A stretch of 64,000 bases of DNA from Tubiluchus corallicola. Lineage: Eukaryota > Animalia > Priapulida. The stretch lies in assembly GCA_030141605.1 (NCBI GenBank), contig JAQGDQ010000677.1, positions 45,652 through 109,651 on the forward strand, read 5' to 3'. A program made the position numbers and the translations under genes. The notes under the pieces are model-generated. The model worked only from the letters and a program-made list of their open reading frames with translations. It did no database searches and was not told the origin of the DNA. How positions within the stretch are numbered: position 1 is the stretch's first letter; the number at the start of each line of letters is the position of its first letter. Shown here one piece after another: positions 1 through 11,785 of the stretch.

Positions 1-47
<47 letters not shown>

Positions 48-174
48 CAACAACAACAACGACAATAATAACAATAATAATAATAATAGTAATAATAATA
101 ATAATAATAATATTAATAATAATAATAATAATAATAACAACAACAACAACAACAACAACAATAATAATAATAAT

Positions 175-207
<33 letters not shown>

Positions 208-318
208 AATAATAATAACAATAATAATAATAAAAATAATAATAATAATGATGATAATGATAATAATAATAATAATAACAATGCTAATAATAACAATTAT
301 AATAATAATAATTATAAT
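1..318. repeat. (AAT)n/(AAC)n microsatellite
   Basis: Direct reading of trinucleotide runs. Confidence 0.97.
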
Positions 319-402
319 GTATGGCCACATTTGTAAGTTTTAAAAACCTAAGAGAAATAAATATCAAAATTGCTAATACTCGACCCTATTATATTTTTTC
401 AG

Positions 403-3400
403 ACAGCGTAAGCCAAGCAATGCTGTATGCCATTATATTCCTGATGCTACTAGTGATTATTTTGTTTCTAATGTATGCGTATTATAAACGACGATACCAA
501 AAAAGTAAGTATGTACTACGATTGGTAACGTGATGCTGTCTGCAAAACGTTGCAAGTAAAAAAATTTTGATTAAAAACTTCTTTGCTTCTTAATTAGAAG
601 TTTCGCCAGCAGTTCAACTTTGGTAGCCCCCCCCCAATTGTTTACAAAATGTCAAAGATTTTAAGGGTTTCGGCGGCTTTTAATGAGACCAATAAGGTGT
701 AAAATTTTGAGGAACGATGAAATCTCCTACTGTAGCATGATATGCGATTATATATACACATAGGTATGATTATTGATTGAATCTAATGACAAGATGGAGA
801 CAGTCAAGACTCTTTGCACCTTCTACATGGCTGATCTCGATGAAGAAACCCTCGAATTAGAGTACCGCTTGTTCACTCATGCTGTCACTGCAGACTCTGT
901 TCCTGAACATGTCGACACAAACTCACATGTTACATGCATTCACTCAGTATACTGTTATATGATTTCTTCTGGACTGGACAAACTTTACCCAATGATCTCC
1001 ATCGCATACCAGTTGATTCTGGCTCTGCCCGTTACATCTTGCTCTTGTGAGAGATCCTTTTCTGCTCTTAAATTTGTCAAGAATGCTCTCCGCAGTACAA
1101 TGAGTCAGCCACGACCGAGTGACCTGATGATCCTTGCAGTTGAGGATGAGAAAACAAAGAATATGGACTTGAAGTCTGTGGTTGAGCTCTTCTGGAGTGA
1201 TGTTCTCCGTCGTTAGTACAAATTTTTAGTGCATTAATTCACATGTGTCGCTGTATATCGCTTTTTACGCTTTTTACCTCTTTGCTTTATCTTGGTGTGA
1301 TACCTGCATTGCTTTTCTACTATACCCCTAATTTCATCCTGTAACGTATTCATGTTATGTTGTTGACTTTGACTTGTGCTGCTGCATCATTTAAAAATAA
1401 CGTTTGTTGTTTGTTCAACATCTTCATCTTGCCACGGAATAAAAAGTTTAGTCATTGTTAAAAATATTAAATTAAAGGTACACATGTTTTGGTAGTCGTC
1501 TTTTCATCGAATCTTTGGATTCTTGACAGCTAATAAATACTTACATAAATTTTAATTTTAAATTAATTTTTAATTTTATTTAAATTTCTGTAGCTATAGC
1601 TTTAAGTTAAATGCCAGTTGGGAATAAATAAATTGTTTTTCTTGCACGCAAAATACTGGTGTGGGAATTCAAAATTATACGTTTTTTAAACAGTTAAGTT
1701 TGGCCATTATATACAGTCGGGGCCCCCTAATTTTTTTTGGTGCAGGACGCCCCTGCTTGTGATCCTGTTTTACACATGGTCACACCATTTATCCAAGCAA
1801 AACTGTTCTCCATTCCTCACTGCACTGTTTAGTGTAATTAGTCTGTGTGAGACTAATTTCGAAACCAATTCTTCAACGTGAACTATCAAAATTAGTCTGT
1901 GTTAGACAAATTCTGCACACAAACTAATTTCATAGAATTTTTTTCACTCCAAGATGAAAATTATTTTCAGTGGAATTAAAATGAGAGTAACAATGTTTTG
2001 CTTTTCAAATCAGGATCTTCTTCAGTGGACTCAACATTGAAGCTATAAGTTTCTTCATCAACTGGCTTGCTACTGAACTCTTCTCGGTACCTTTGAAATG
2101 ACTTCCTGCAACACCGGCTACATTTGAGTTCTGCTCCAAATGTCGGCTGCGGCTACGGCTGGATGCAGCAGCGAGCCCGTGCGCTTGATTGCCTTCCTGC
2201 AAAAAATACGCCGTATTCTGCTGTGATGCCAGATTATTCTTTGTTTCATGTGCACAAGACCTAGCCTCCACAGCGCAATACGGACTATTTTTCCACACAG
2301 ACTAATTACACCAAACAGTGTAGCTGAGTGAGCAGACGTTTGTCACGTTTCTGTCTTGGCGGTTACCGGATACGTAGAATGCAGACCGCTGTACATTCTC
2401 TTCATTTCCTCAAGACGTCATGGCGGTTACCGGATACGTAGAATGCAGGCCTCTGTACGTTTTCCTCGTTTCCTCAAGACGTCATGGCGGTTACCGGATA
2501 CGTAGAATGCAGGCCTCTGTACGTTTTCTTCGTTTCCTCAAGACGTCATGGCGGTTACCGGATACGTAGAATGCAGACCTCTGTACATTCTCTTCATTTC
2601 CTCAAGACGTCATGGCGGTTACCGGATACGTAGAATGCAGGCCTCTGTACGTTTTCCTCGTTTCCTCAAGACGTCATGGCGGTTACCGGATACGTAGAAT
2701 GCAGGCCTCTGTACGTTTTCTTCGTTTCCTCAAGACGTCATGGCGGTTACCGGATACGTAGAATGCAGACCTCTGTACGTTTTCCTCGTTTCCTCAAGAC
2801 GTCATGGCGGTTATTGGATACGTAGAATGCAGACCTCTGTACGTTTTCTTCGTTTCCTCAAGACGTCATGGCGGTTACCGGATACGTAGAATGCAGACCG
2901 CTGTACGTTTTCTTCGTTTCCTCAAGACGTCATGGCGGTTATCGGATACGTAGAATGCAGACCGCTGTACGTTTTCTTTGTTTCCTCAAGACGTCATGGC
3001 GGTTATTGGATACGTAGAATGCAGACCTCTGTACGTTTTCTTCGTTTCCTCAAGACGTCATGGCGGTTATCGGATACGTAGAATGCAGACCGCTGTACGT
3101 TTTCTTTGTTTCCTCAAGACGTCATGGCGGTTACCAGATACGTAGAATGCAGACCGCTGTACGTTTTCCTCATTTCCTCAAGACGTCATGGCGGTTACCA
3201 GATACGTAGACTGCAGACCGCTGTACGTTTTCTTCATTTCCTCAAGACACTTGTCACGCAAGAAGCAGCAAAAGAGAGAAAAGTGTAGAACACGAGGAAA
3301 TGTGACGTTACCAAGTTCACATTCAGAATAGCCGTTAGAAGTTGTAAATGTAGTTGTTGGCTCAGTGTTCCCGATCTTCCCTTTCTCAGGTCCGCTAATG

Positions 3401-5025
3401 TCCACCTTGGATGCTAGGTTAATGTAAGACAACCTTCAACAGGCACATGTGGGTTACACACGCTTCATTTGACAATGCCATCTCCTGCAGATTTTGGTGC
3501 CTTAAAACATTATCTGCTTAATAAATTACATTTGATTATAATAAGTTAGGATTTCCTATGAGTGGCTACAGTAGTTTTGTGTTTTTATTTCATAGATTTT
3601 GCAGAGTATGATGAAATATCTAGATATTTGAATTCTTCTCATAGAGCCAGTGACAACAATGTTACTATAGACAGAGTTGGTTTACTAAGATACTAAGCCC
3701 AATTACGTGTAACATCAGTGTAGTCTCATTTTAGAAAGACTCATTTTGACAGGGCGATTCCCACTTTTTTCTGGGACTCAGAATTAGATCTGCTGTCTAT
3801 TCAAGAATCCTAAAATTGAAGTGCATGGTCACGTGATGACTTGAATGTGCTCCACATGAACAGCACGTGATCGCTCGAGTTCGACTCTGGTCATCGACGG
3901 CTGTTTACCTCCAAAATGAGGATATGTAAACTTTAATGTGACACCTGTGTCGATTCAATGACTCAACTTGATAAAGGAGTCAGCTTTCAGTCTCTCCGTA
4001 ATCATTATTGTTGTGGGCCCATATAATGACATTTAGTCATATACAATAAATCCTCGCTTAACGACGACCCATTTAGCGACGTTTCACTTAACAACATGTT
4101 ATGTTGCAATGCAATTAGTTTAACGATGCCCCATTTAGCGACGTTTCACTTAACAACATGTTATGTTGCAATGCAATTAGTTTAACGATGCCCCACTTAG
4201 TGACGTTTCACTTAACGACATGTTATGTTTGAATGCAATTAGCTTAACGATGCCCCACTTAGTGACGTTTCACTTAACGACATGTTATGTTGCAATGCAA
4301 TTAGCTTAACGATGCCCCACTTAGTGACGTTTCACTTAACGACATGTTATGTTGCAATGCAATTAGCTTAACGAAGTCCCACTTAGTGACGTTTCACTTA
4401 ACGACACGTTATGTTTGAATGCAATTAGCATTGTTTAGAGAGGACTTACGGTACATAATTAATTGAGCAACTGTTTTTAAAATTAAGTAAAAGCGTGTTG
4501 AGTAAAATTCTCTACAATCCATTGTACAATTTAATATTTCTTCTACAGATGCTGCGAGAGTTGAAGTCATGGAAGTTGCAGAAGATATCAGATATTTGTA
4601 AGTAATTTTAATATACCATCAGTTTACTAACACGTACCTTAAATGCGCACAGTATATGTAATTATTACTCGTATTATCTTAATATACCATCAGTTTACTA
4701 ACACATACCTTAAATTAAATCAAGTACACAGTATATGTAATTATTACTCGTATTATTTTAATATACCATCAGTTTACTAACACGTACCTTAAATAAATAT
4801 AACATGCGCATACTATACTTGAAACTATTGGTAACCTAATGTAGCAACTTGATTAACCAGCTAACTCCATACAATGGAAGCTGAACTGTACCTTTGAAGT
4901 TTCAACTCATATACAGTATTCAATAACTACTTGATTACAATTAATAGATCTCGTTTCTCGGAATTACAACACTGTCATGGTAAATATTGTTTCTTTTTAG
5001 GGATATTGGAACTTATGTTGACTAA
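403..5025 (+). CDS. 3' exons of a single-pass transmembrane protein (5' part outside window): exons 403-504 (TM helix), 4549-4597, terminal 5001-5025 (alternative terminal 6471-6489; possible extra exon from ~3596)
   Basis: ttttttcag|403..504|gtaagt encodes DSVSQAMLYAIIFLMLLVIILFLMYAYYKRRYQK (TM + basic stop-transfer), phase 1-1. ttctacag|4549..4597|gtaagt continues in phase (NAARVEVMEVAEDIRY). Both tttttag|5001 (LDIGTYVD*) and ttttcag|6471 (LLLSIE*) are phase-2 compatible. Confidence 0.6.
773..1755 (+). mobile_element. 5'-truncated hAT DNA transposon relic: C-terminal dimerisation domain ORF 773-1216 plus 3' end
   Basis: LILALPVTSCSCERSFSALKFVKNALRSTMSQ is the hAT dimerisation motif; ends in a hAT-type terminus ...ggacgcccctg at 1755. 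Confidence 0.8.
1823..2320. mobile_element. MITE with ~28-bp TIRs and CACTG...CAGTG termini (CACTA/EnSpm-like)
   Basis: cactgtttagtgtaattagtctgtgtg (1823) versus cacacagactaattacaccaaacagtg (ends 2320). Confidence 0.7.
2357..3248. repeat. 64-bp minisatellite, 14 copies
   Basis: Unit tggcggttaccggatacgtagaatgcagacc(g/t)ctgtacgttttcttcgtttcctcaagacgtca starts at 2357, 2421, 2485 ... 3189. Confidence 0.95.
4042..4453. mobile_element. Tc1/mariner-Tigger-type MITE filled with ~6 copies of a 61-62-bp tandem unit
   Basis: TA-flanked imperfect TIRs (tacaataaatcctcgcttaac / gtttagagaggacttacggta); internal unit ttaacgatgccccacttagtgacgtttcacttaacgacatgttatgttgcaatgcaattagc. Confidence 0.6.
4605..4795. 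repeat. ~75-80-bp intronic tandem duplication, ~2.5 copies
   Basis: taatataccatcagtttactaacac recurs near 4609, 4680 and 4759. Confidence 0.85.
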
Positions 5026-5541
5026 CTAGCCTCGGTGGTAAGAATTCTAAATCATTTGGCGGGCACGAAGAGTTTGCGCAAATGTAATTTTCTGTGGTAA
5101 CAAACCTTTTCACAGTTTCAGTGACTGATGATGATCGTTAAAAGGTCAAAGGTTAAGTGTACCAGACAACACCGTGCAGTACAAGCTTTTGTAATAGTAA
5201 CAGTTAGCTAGAACTTTACCTAGTTCATTTTTTCTTGTTCCAAAGCAAGACCCAGCTAGTAGATCACTGTGTATAGACTAATGCATAATTAAGTAAAGTC
5301 CACATAAAACAACTGAAGTTGCTGAATTGATGTGGCAGATGGCTTTGCTTTACCCACATGTCACGTGACGGTTGTAGTTGCGTTGCTGGGGTACACTTAA
5401 CCATTGACCTGCAGCAACCGCACGTACGCACAACGAAACTGTGAAAAGGCTTATTTTCAACAAGAGATTAATAGACTGCACATTAGGTGTACACACTACT
5501 CACACATAATGTTACATTACATATATGGTGTCAGTGTAGGT

Positions 5542-6021
5542 CAGGGGTGTGCAAATTGCGGCCCCCTGAGAAAATTTGTGCGGCCCGCGAAGAGATTGTC
5601 AACTTAATGAAAGTGCGGCCCGGGCGATTAATTGAGTGTATCCAGCTGCCACGTCACGTGCCACGATTCCAAAGATAGTGCGGGTAGTTTTTTCTACTAG
5701 ATCGGATGCCATTAACCCTTACAAGACGGTTGTAGCTTAATGTCACTGTACTACGCAGACTGTGTGATACACATTACTAATATGCATTGTAATGAAATTA
5801 CCACTATCTGTCCTGAAAGTAGAAATATATGGTTTGTAATATAAATTTTAGTAACTTCTAAAATAGTTTCTTGAGTGTAGTAGTAATGATGTACGCAGGT
5901 CGGATGCAAAAAAATTGTTATTAGGCCCTACTGTACTTGGCTCCTTGATCAAACTGCGGCCCGCAGGAATTGCGGGAAAGTTTTATGTTTCCCGGCTACT
6001 CAGATAATTTGCACACCCCTG
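5542..6021. mobile_element. Complete hAT (Charlie-like) MITE, 480 bp
   Basis: TIR caggggtgtgcaaatt / aatttgcacacccctg; perfect 8-bp TSD gtgtaggt at 5534-5541 and 6022-6029. Confidence 0.92.
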
Positions 6022-6046
6022 GTGTAGGTAGTGCAAAATGGTTATT

Positions 6047-6330
6047 TCAGCAACTCATAGACATAAGCGTTGTGCATTTCTTCCTATAAACGAAACTAGA
6101 CTATGTATTTCCACTAATTCACTTGCAATTTCAATTGACAATAACAAAATCTAGAAGCAGGCCCATATTTCCCCCCTAACTAATGAAAAGTTGAGCATTT
6201 TTCAACAACAGTGTTAGACAGAGCTGTAGCTAAACGTCTCGAACGTACCTGCTGCAGGGGTGTGTGAAATAACTTGCACGCTGATTGGCCAGTCAACGAC
6301 AATGATTGACATTACGTTAGACGTCAATTT
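6047..6330. repeat. Dispersed repeat; second copy at ~34923-35206
   Basis: cagcaactcatagac...gttagacgtcaattt is shared in the same orientation. Confidence 0.85.
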
Positions 6331-6870
6331 TGCTCTAATAGTTGCTCTCAATAATTGCTCTAAAATAGCTAGAAAATACAGTATGTTTGATTTATATACA
6401 GTATTACATTTGTTATGCAATTTTTTATAGTTTATTTATGCTTAATTTCAATTTCCGTTACTTTTTTCAGGCTTTTGTCCATAGAATAATCCAATTCACG
6501 TTTACAAAGATTGAAATTGTCTAGAACTAGTCAAGTTGCCTGCTAACTATGCTTATTTATATTTATTGTAAGTAAATAAGTTTTTTTTAAACCAAAACAT
6601 AAATAAATATTTATTAAATTTTCTGTGATATTGACTGACGATTAGAAATGTAACTAATATAGTTAGAAAACATTTTAGACTATCATAAATTTTTTATATC
6701 TATTTTATATTTCCGTATTTGTTATATTGCATGCCTTATTGTTGATACAATTTATACAAGAGAATGTATATTTATTTAAGTTTTTGAAGAATAATTTAAA
6801 TAAACTTCTTGTGCATATATTTATCTTGTTCCGTTATTTCAATATTTGTGACACATTAACTAAGACATAT

Positions 6871-7176
6871 CGGATGGTATAGTCTAATGGTAGCGCGTCC
6901 GCTTTCCGCCTGGGAGGTCGTGAGTTCGATACAGTGGCTGGCCGCATGCAAAGACTTTAGGGGTGGTACCTGCTGTTGCCCTGCCTGACGCGTGGTATTT
7001 AGGGTAAAAGTGGGGTAATAATGGCCTCTGTTATGTAGTTGTAGGTTGTTATTTACAAGCGGCCCAGAAGCTTTTCCAAAAAGCCCAATTTAAATAAACT
7101 ACTGTTGTTGTTGTTGTTATTATTGTTATTATTATTATTATTATTAATATTATTATTATTATTGTTATTATTATTA

Positions 7177-7228
<52 letters not shown>

Positions 7229-7230
7229 TA
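6871..7230 (+). mobile_element. tRNA-derived SINE with Meta-domain-like core and (TTA)n tail
   Basis: A-box-like tagtctaatgg, B-box gagttcgatac, core aaagactttaggggtggtacctgctgttgccctgcctg, then aataaa and a microsatellite tail. Confidence 0.75.
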
Positions 7231-7344
7231 TACAGAGAAGAAATTTTAATTTTTTTAGTGACTTAAATGCACCTTAGTCAAATGTATATAACATTAATAA
7301 TATAATATAATTAATATAATAATAATAATATATGTAATACTGAG

Positions 7345-7480
7345 TTCGATTGGTTTGGTTGAATTAGATTAGATTAGATTAGATTAGATTAGATTAGATT
7401 AGATTAGATTAGATTAGATTAGATTAGATTGGATTGGACTGGTTTGGGTTGGGTTGGGTTAGATTCTATTAGAATACATT
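7345..7480. repeat. (ATTAG)n pentanucleotide microsatellite
   Basis: Direct reading. Confidence 0.9.
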
Positions 7481-7591
7481 AGATTATATTGAATTGAAAT
7501 AGATGAGATGGGATGAAAAGAGACAGATTTATTTGACTCTGCATTAAAAATTAAACAGTAGAAATTTTTATTGTTATAATACGTCCCATAA

Positions 7592-7870
7592 AGGCACGTT
7601 CAGACTGTTTTCTCTCTGACTCGTAAGTGTGAACTGCTTTGTCAGTTACTGTCGGTAAGTTATTGCAAACTCTTCGACCGTTGCTGTGAGTTCATTTCCT
7701 GTCTAGTGTGAACGCCTCGCAGCGAGTTACTCTCGACACCTTCAGTGAATAGAGAAGTGAGTGTCATCTCCTGTTTACTGTCAGAGAGTAACTCGCAGTA
7801 AGTTTTGCTCTCTGGTCTAAACATGCTTGTGAGTTACTTGGATAGAAAATTCGCTAGTGTGAACATGCCG
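7592..7870. mobile_element. PIF/Harbinger-type MITE
   Basis: TIR ggcacgttcagact / agtgtgaacatgcc flanked by TAA/TTA-like trinucleotides. Confidence 0.6.
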
Positions 7871-8171
7871 TTAGACCACACAAGTACAAATCCCATTCTA
7901 AAAGCAAACTTAAGACTATTTGTTGACTAAAGAATATTGTTAAACCTTATTTTATTTTCGGCAAAACGAACTCACAAATATTTGTAGCAGTAACTTTCTT
8001 TGCAGTGACATGTTAAGCAGTAGGCTTTAGCAAACGATTCTTATAAGAATCATTAAACAAATTTTAATCTTCAGGTCAAAACAGTCACTATATAAGATCA
8101 GATATAAGAACAATTTATTTCACACATGCAAACAAAAAATGTATACAACGGTGACAATAATAGTTGCTTAT

Positions 8172-8842
8172 AGCACAAGAAAACCCTTCATAAACATAAA
8201 GGTTAAAAATTCGTCTTGAAATTTTATATCACTTACATACTGCCTTTTTGCATACAGGAGTTCAATTGGCAGTCACGCTGTATAAAACATGTAAATTTAA
8301 ACTGCCGCGATGACCGTTAGACGCAGCCATTTTCACGACAGGTCATTTAAAACAAGTTTAGATAACATTGCGTGAAGTTTGAAAAAATAATCAGAGCATT
8401 CGTAGCACACACGTCATGAAATAAATAAAAATTCAAATTACTGTATCTTGTCAATAAGTTTAAAAATGCGTTTTTGGTGAGTGAGTGGTGCACCCTGGAG
8501 GGTGAGCCAGTGACATTTTATCTATTGGTGAAAACATTTTAAATAATTAAAAAAATTCTTTTCTAGTTACAGAAGTCTTTCCAGCAGGTTAGCGAAAAAC
8601 TAAGTAATAGATATTTGCAAGAAAAGTTTTTTAGGACATAATTTAACATTTCCTTTTCTTCCCTTGATTTACGTTTGGTACATGACGTCACGTAATGGCG
8701 ACTTCGGAACAGTATTGCGGGAGATTTAAAATGAAAACAAACAAAAATTTCTTTTAATGCAAGTAAGTTAAACGCATAAAGTTGCTATAAAGTAATATAA
8801 TTTTTCAAGGCGATTTTTCTGAAACCAACTTCAGGTACCTCT
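8172..8842. mobile_element. Non-autonomous DNA transposon (Kolobok-like); inverted copy at ~58000-58675, fragments at ~44335-45240, ~51230-51550, ~60740-61010
   Basis: 8172-8842 aligns by eye to the reverse complement of 58000-58675; terminus (a/g)gaggtacctgaag. Confidence 0.7.
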
Positions 8843-9833
8843 TTTGTTGTCCTTTAAGTGTGATGATAGTTTCGTGGCTATAAGCGTCACGTTTTAAGGA
8901 AGGTACCCAAATTGAATGTAGTGAAACTGAATAAACAGAATGAAGGAAAATTAAAATTAAATCATCTTCAATGTTGTAGTAATGAATGCATCGCCCATTC
9001 ATAATCATAATCTTTTAATTATCTTGCAATACACATGCAATTATAATACAAATAATAATTTGAAAATAATTGTGAAGAAAGGGCAGCGAAAGACCAATTG
9101 GTCATCTAGTCAGCTGCCCTTTGGTTAGTGATGAACATTTTTAAAAGCGCTGTGCTACAGTGTATTAGTGTTAGTACTGCTTGTAGTTAGGATGGCATTA
9201 AATTGATATGTTTATAACGTGTTATATATAACATATTAATACAATTTCTACGCAATAACTATAAGTGTATAATAAAGAATCAAACAAGAATTCAAAATAA
9301 AAATCTGACAACGGAAACATATGAATAGTGACAACTGTTTTGAAGTAAATCCCAAAAACTTTTATTTTAAATACAATATTACAGAAAAAATCAAATACGT
9401 GGCGATTTCTTCGCTTCCAATGAGTAGACTAAAAAACGTGCTGAATTCTGATTGGCTGACCTACTAAATGCATATAACGAAGCCAAGTTTTACAGGCAAT
9501 TCTAAATAAGTACAACTTTAGATTAAAGGGCAAGCAGAGAAAAATCTTCCGAACAACAACTGAAATATACTTCATGACACTAGCATAATTTTTGACAGTC
9601 GTCAAAATAAATTATCATGCAAATAATGGAATTGAAAATCAGGTGTATCTATATACTGGTGTATTGAAGTATATTAAATTGGGCGTTAGTTTTCATGCAC
9701 AGGCATACAGGAACTTAATTTGTATAAAAAAAACGGATCATGTGGGGGAAAAACAGCCGGAACCCAAAAATTACATTGTAAACAATATTGTAAGTTGTTT
9801 GTTATAGTCGTGCGTAAGCAAGCGAATGAATAA

Positions 9834-10801
9834 TGTGACGATGTAGTCCAAGTTCCGTTATTGTAAATATGTGGTTCGTGACTTAAGTGTAACCCTTAGG
9901 TAAAGAATAAAACACTTAGTCGAAAACACTGTGAAGAAACCACTGAATTAATAAAATAATATAACAATTTAATGAATGTTTCAAAACACATTACGAGACA
10001 ACTGTTAATAATAAAGACTAAGCCGGCTAAGAAGAGAAAGAACAACGTAATGTTTTTCACCAGTGCAGTCTTGGCATCATCAAGCGACTATTCTCCTGCT
10101 CCTATTCCGCGTCATCTCCTCACCAGGGGCTTGATCGAGGAATGGTGCACCATAGAACGATTGACTACACTACGTGAACGACGTCTCCAAACTTTGACGA
10201 CTCCTGATGTACACGCCTCCACTAATACGACGCCAAAATGGGGTAGCATCCAAGCTCCTGCACTCGTCGCAAGGTAAGGATTTCCAATTTTGTAATCACA
10301 GCATCCCGCACCAACGACAGTATCATCAACGTCAGGTAAATACGAGTAAGTATCATCAGCAGCAGATATCATGGACAACTGGTAAGTGATGTATCATCAG
10401 CATCAGGAAAATATAATCAGCAACAGGTAAGTATCATCGCTAGAATGCAACTATCGTCTCTGTCGTAACCAGGTAGACAGATCGCTTTTCTACAAGCAAG
10501 CACTATTACTACTAAACCATCATTTTATGACATGAGAACGTCCGCTTAACTCGCCAACTTAAAGCGGAATACCAGGGCCAACTGAACAGCCAAAATTTCG
10601 TCTACGTGGCTTCAGTCACATGATATAGTAGTAATGCATAAACAGTATCATTGAATGTACAGGTGAAATCTGATTTCAGAACAGGTTGGCTTCTGTCATT
10701 ATACCGTTAAACATCTTAACTAAAGTTCTTTTATAAATGGTGGAATTATAACAGTAGGAACTAGTTACATAACCTGGCCTAAAATAAGCCTGAGCGTCAC
10801 A
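9834..10801 (-). repeat. 3' LTR (968 bp)
   Basis: Direct repeat of 16100-17092; TG...CA; minus-strand TATAAAAG near 10735 and ATTAAA near 9973. Confidence 0.95.
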
Positions 10802-10815
10802 TAGCATCCTCCGTT
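10802..10815 (-). other. Polypurine-tract position (AACGGAGGATGCTA) abutting the 3' LTR
   Basis: Purine-rich segment immediately upstream of the 3' LTR on the element strand. Confidence 0.65.
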
Positions 10816-11395
10816 ACAAAAGCTTGATCCATCAAATTTTTACTACTAAAATGTGATATCAAGACTTTTAACACAATAGGTCAGGGCAATAAACTAGTTA
10901 CACAAGAAATCATGATACATATTCATCACAATAATAGACCAAAATAACTAATGTCAATGACAAAAAATGCAATACTCAATCATTGTCTTCCTCAACAAAT
11001 CTTTGTGAATTTCTTCACTCATGAAATAATTACATATCAGGTAATACAGTATTTGTTTACTCTTAAGCTTACAACGCAAGGTTCAAATCTTGGTTTCAAC
11101 ATAAATGAATAAACTAAAAATAAAACACTGTTTTGTTTTGAACAAAGGAGAAATACTTTTACTATTAATCAGCCTAACAAGATTAAAATAATACAATACA
11201 ACAACACATCATGTTTTCTATTACCACTCCTAGATGGCATTGCGAATACATTAAACTAATTTCGCAACAAAATTTTATTATTTGTAATTCATTTCTAATG
11301 AATTAGCTTCATATAATGTAAAAGAAAATGTTTCAAACTGGTCAGAGGTGATCTTTAATCACCTAACTTGGGCTTTAGTGGTTGGAATTACCCAT

Positions 11396-11785
11396 TCATA
11401 GACGTGAAAGAGAATCTGCTACAATATTATCTTTTCCAGCAATATTCTCTACAGTAAAGTGGAATTCTTGCAAAATAAGCGCCCATGTACAAAGGCGGCG
11501 ATTATTTCTCTTCATGCGTGGGAGTGCTAGCAAACTACGTTGGTCAGTTCGTACTATGAACTCATGACCTTCTAAGTAGTAACGTAACTTAGATACAGAA
11601 TACACTACTGCTAACAACTCAATTTCCACAACGCTATAATTTCGTTCACACGTAGTCAACTTTCTGCTCACATGTGTAATTGGCACCTCACCTAACTCAC
11701 TGTGTACTTGTGTCAGCACTCCACCAATACCACTAAATGAAGCATCAGTTGTTAGAACGAATTTCTGCGAAAAATCAGGTGAGTG
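11396..11785 (-). pseudogene. Ty3/Gypsy RNase H, frameshifted from the upstream pol ORF
   Basis: PDFSQKFVLTTDASFSGIGGVL...ERNYSVVEIELLAVV...IVRTDQRSL...NIVADSLSRL; frame break near 11785-11800 (ctca duplication). Confidence 0.9.

Noticed and set aside
2357-3248. CRISPR-like regular arrays (also 25368-26461 and 44641-45066)
   Set aside because: Units are contiguous with no unique spacers, there are no cas genes, and the context is eukaryotic.
6871-6945. tRNA gene
   Set aside because: A/B boxes are present but there is no clean cloverleaf, and it continues into a SINE core and tail.
9972-10389. LTR-encoded small proteins
   Set aside because: Frames are disrupted by indels between the two LTRs, and no motif is recognisable.
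10816-11395. env or extra ORF in the retrotransposon 3' region
   Set aside because: AT-rich with no ORF of 60 aa or more in the track.
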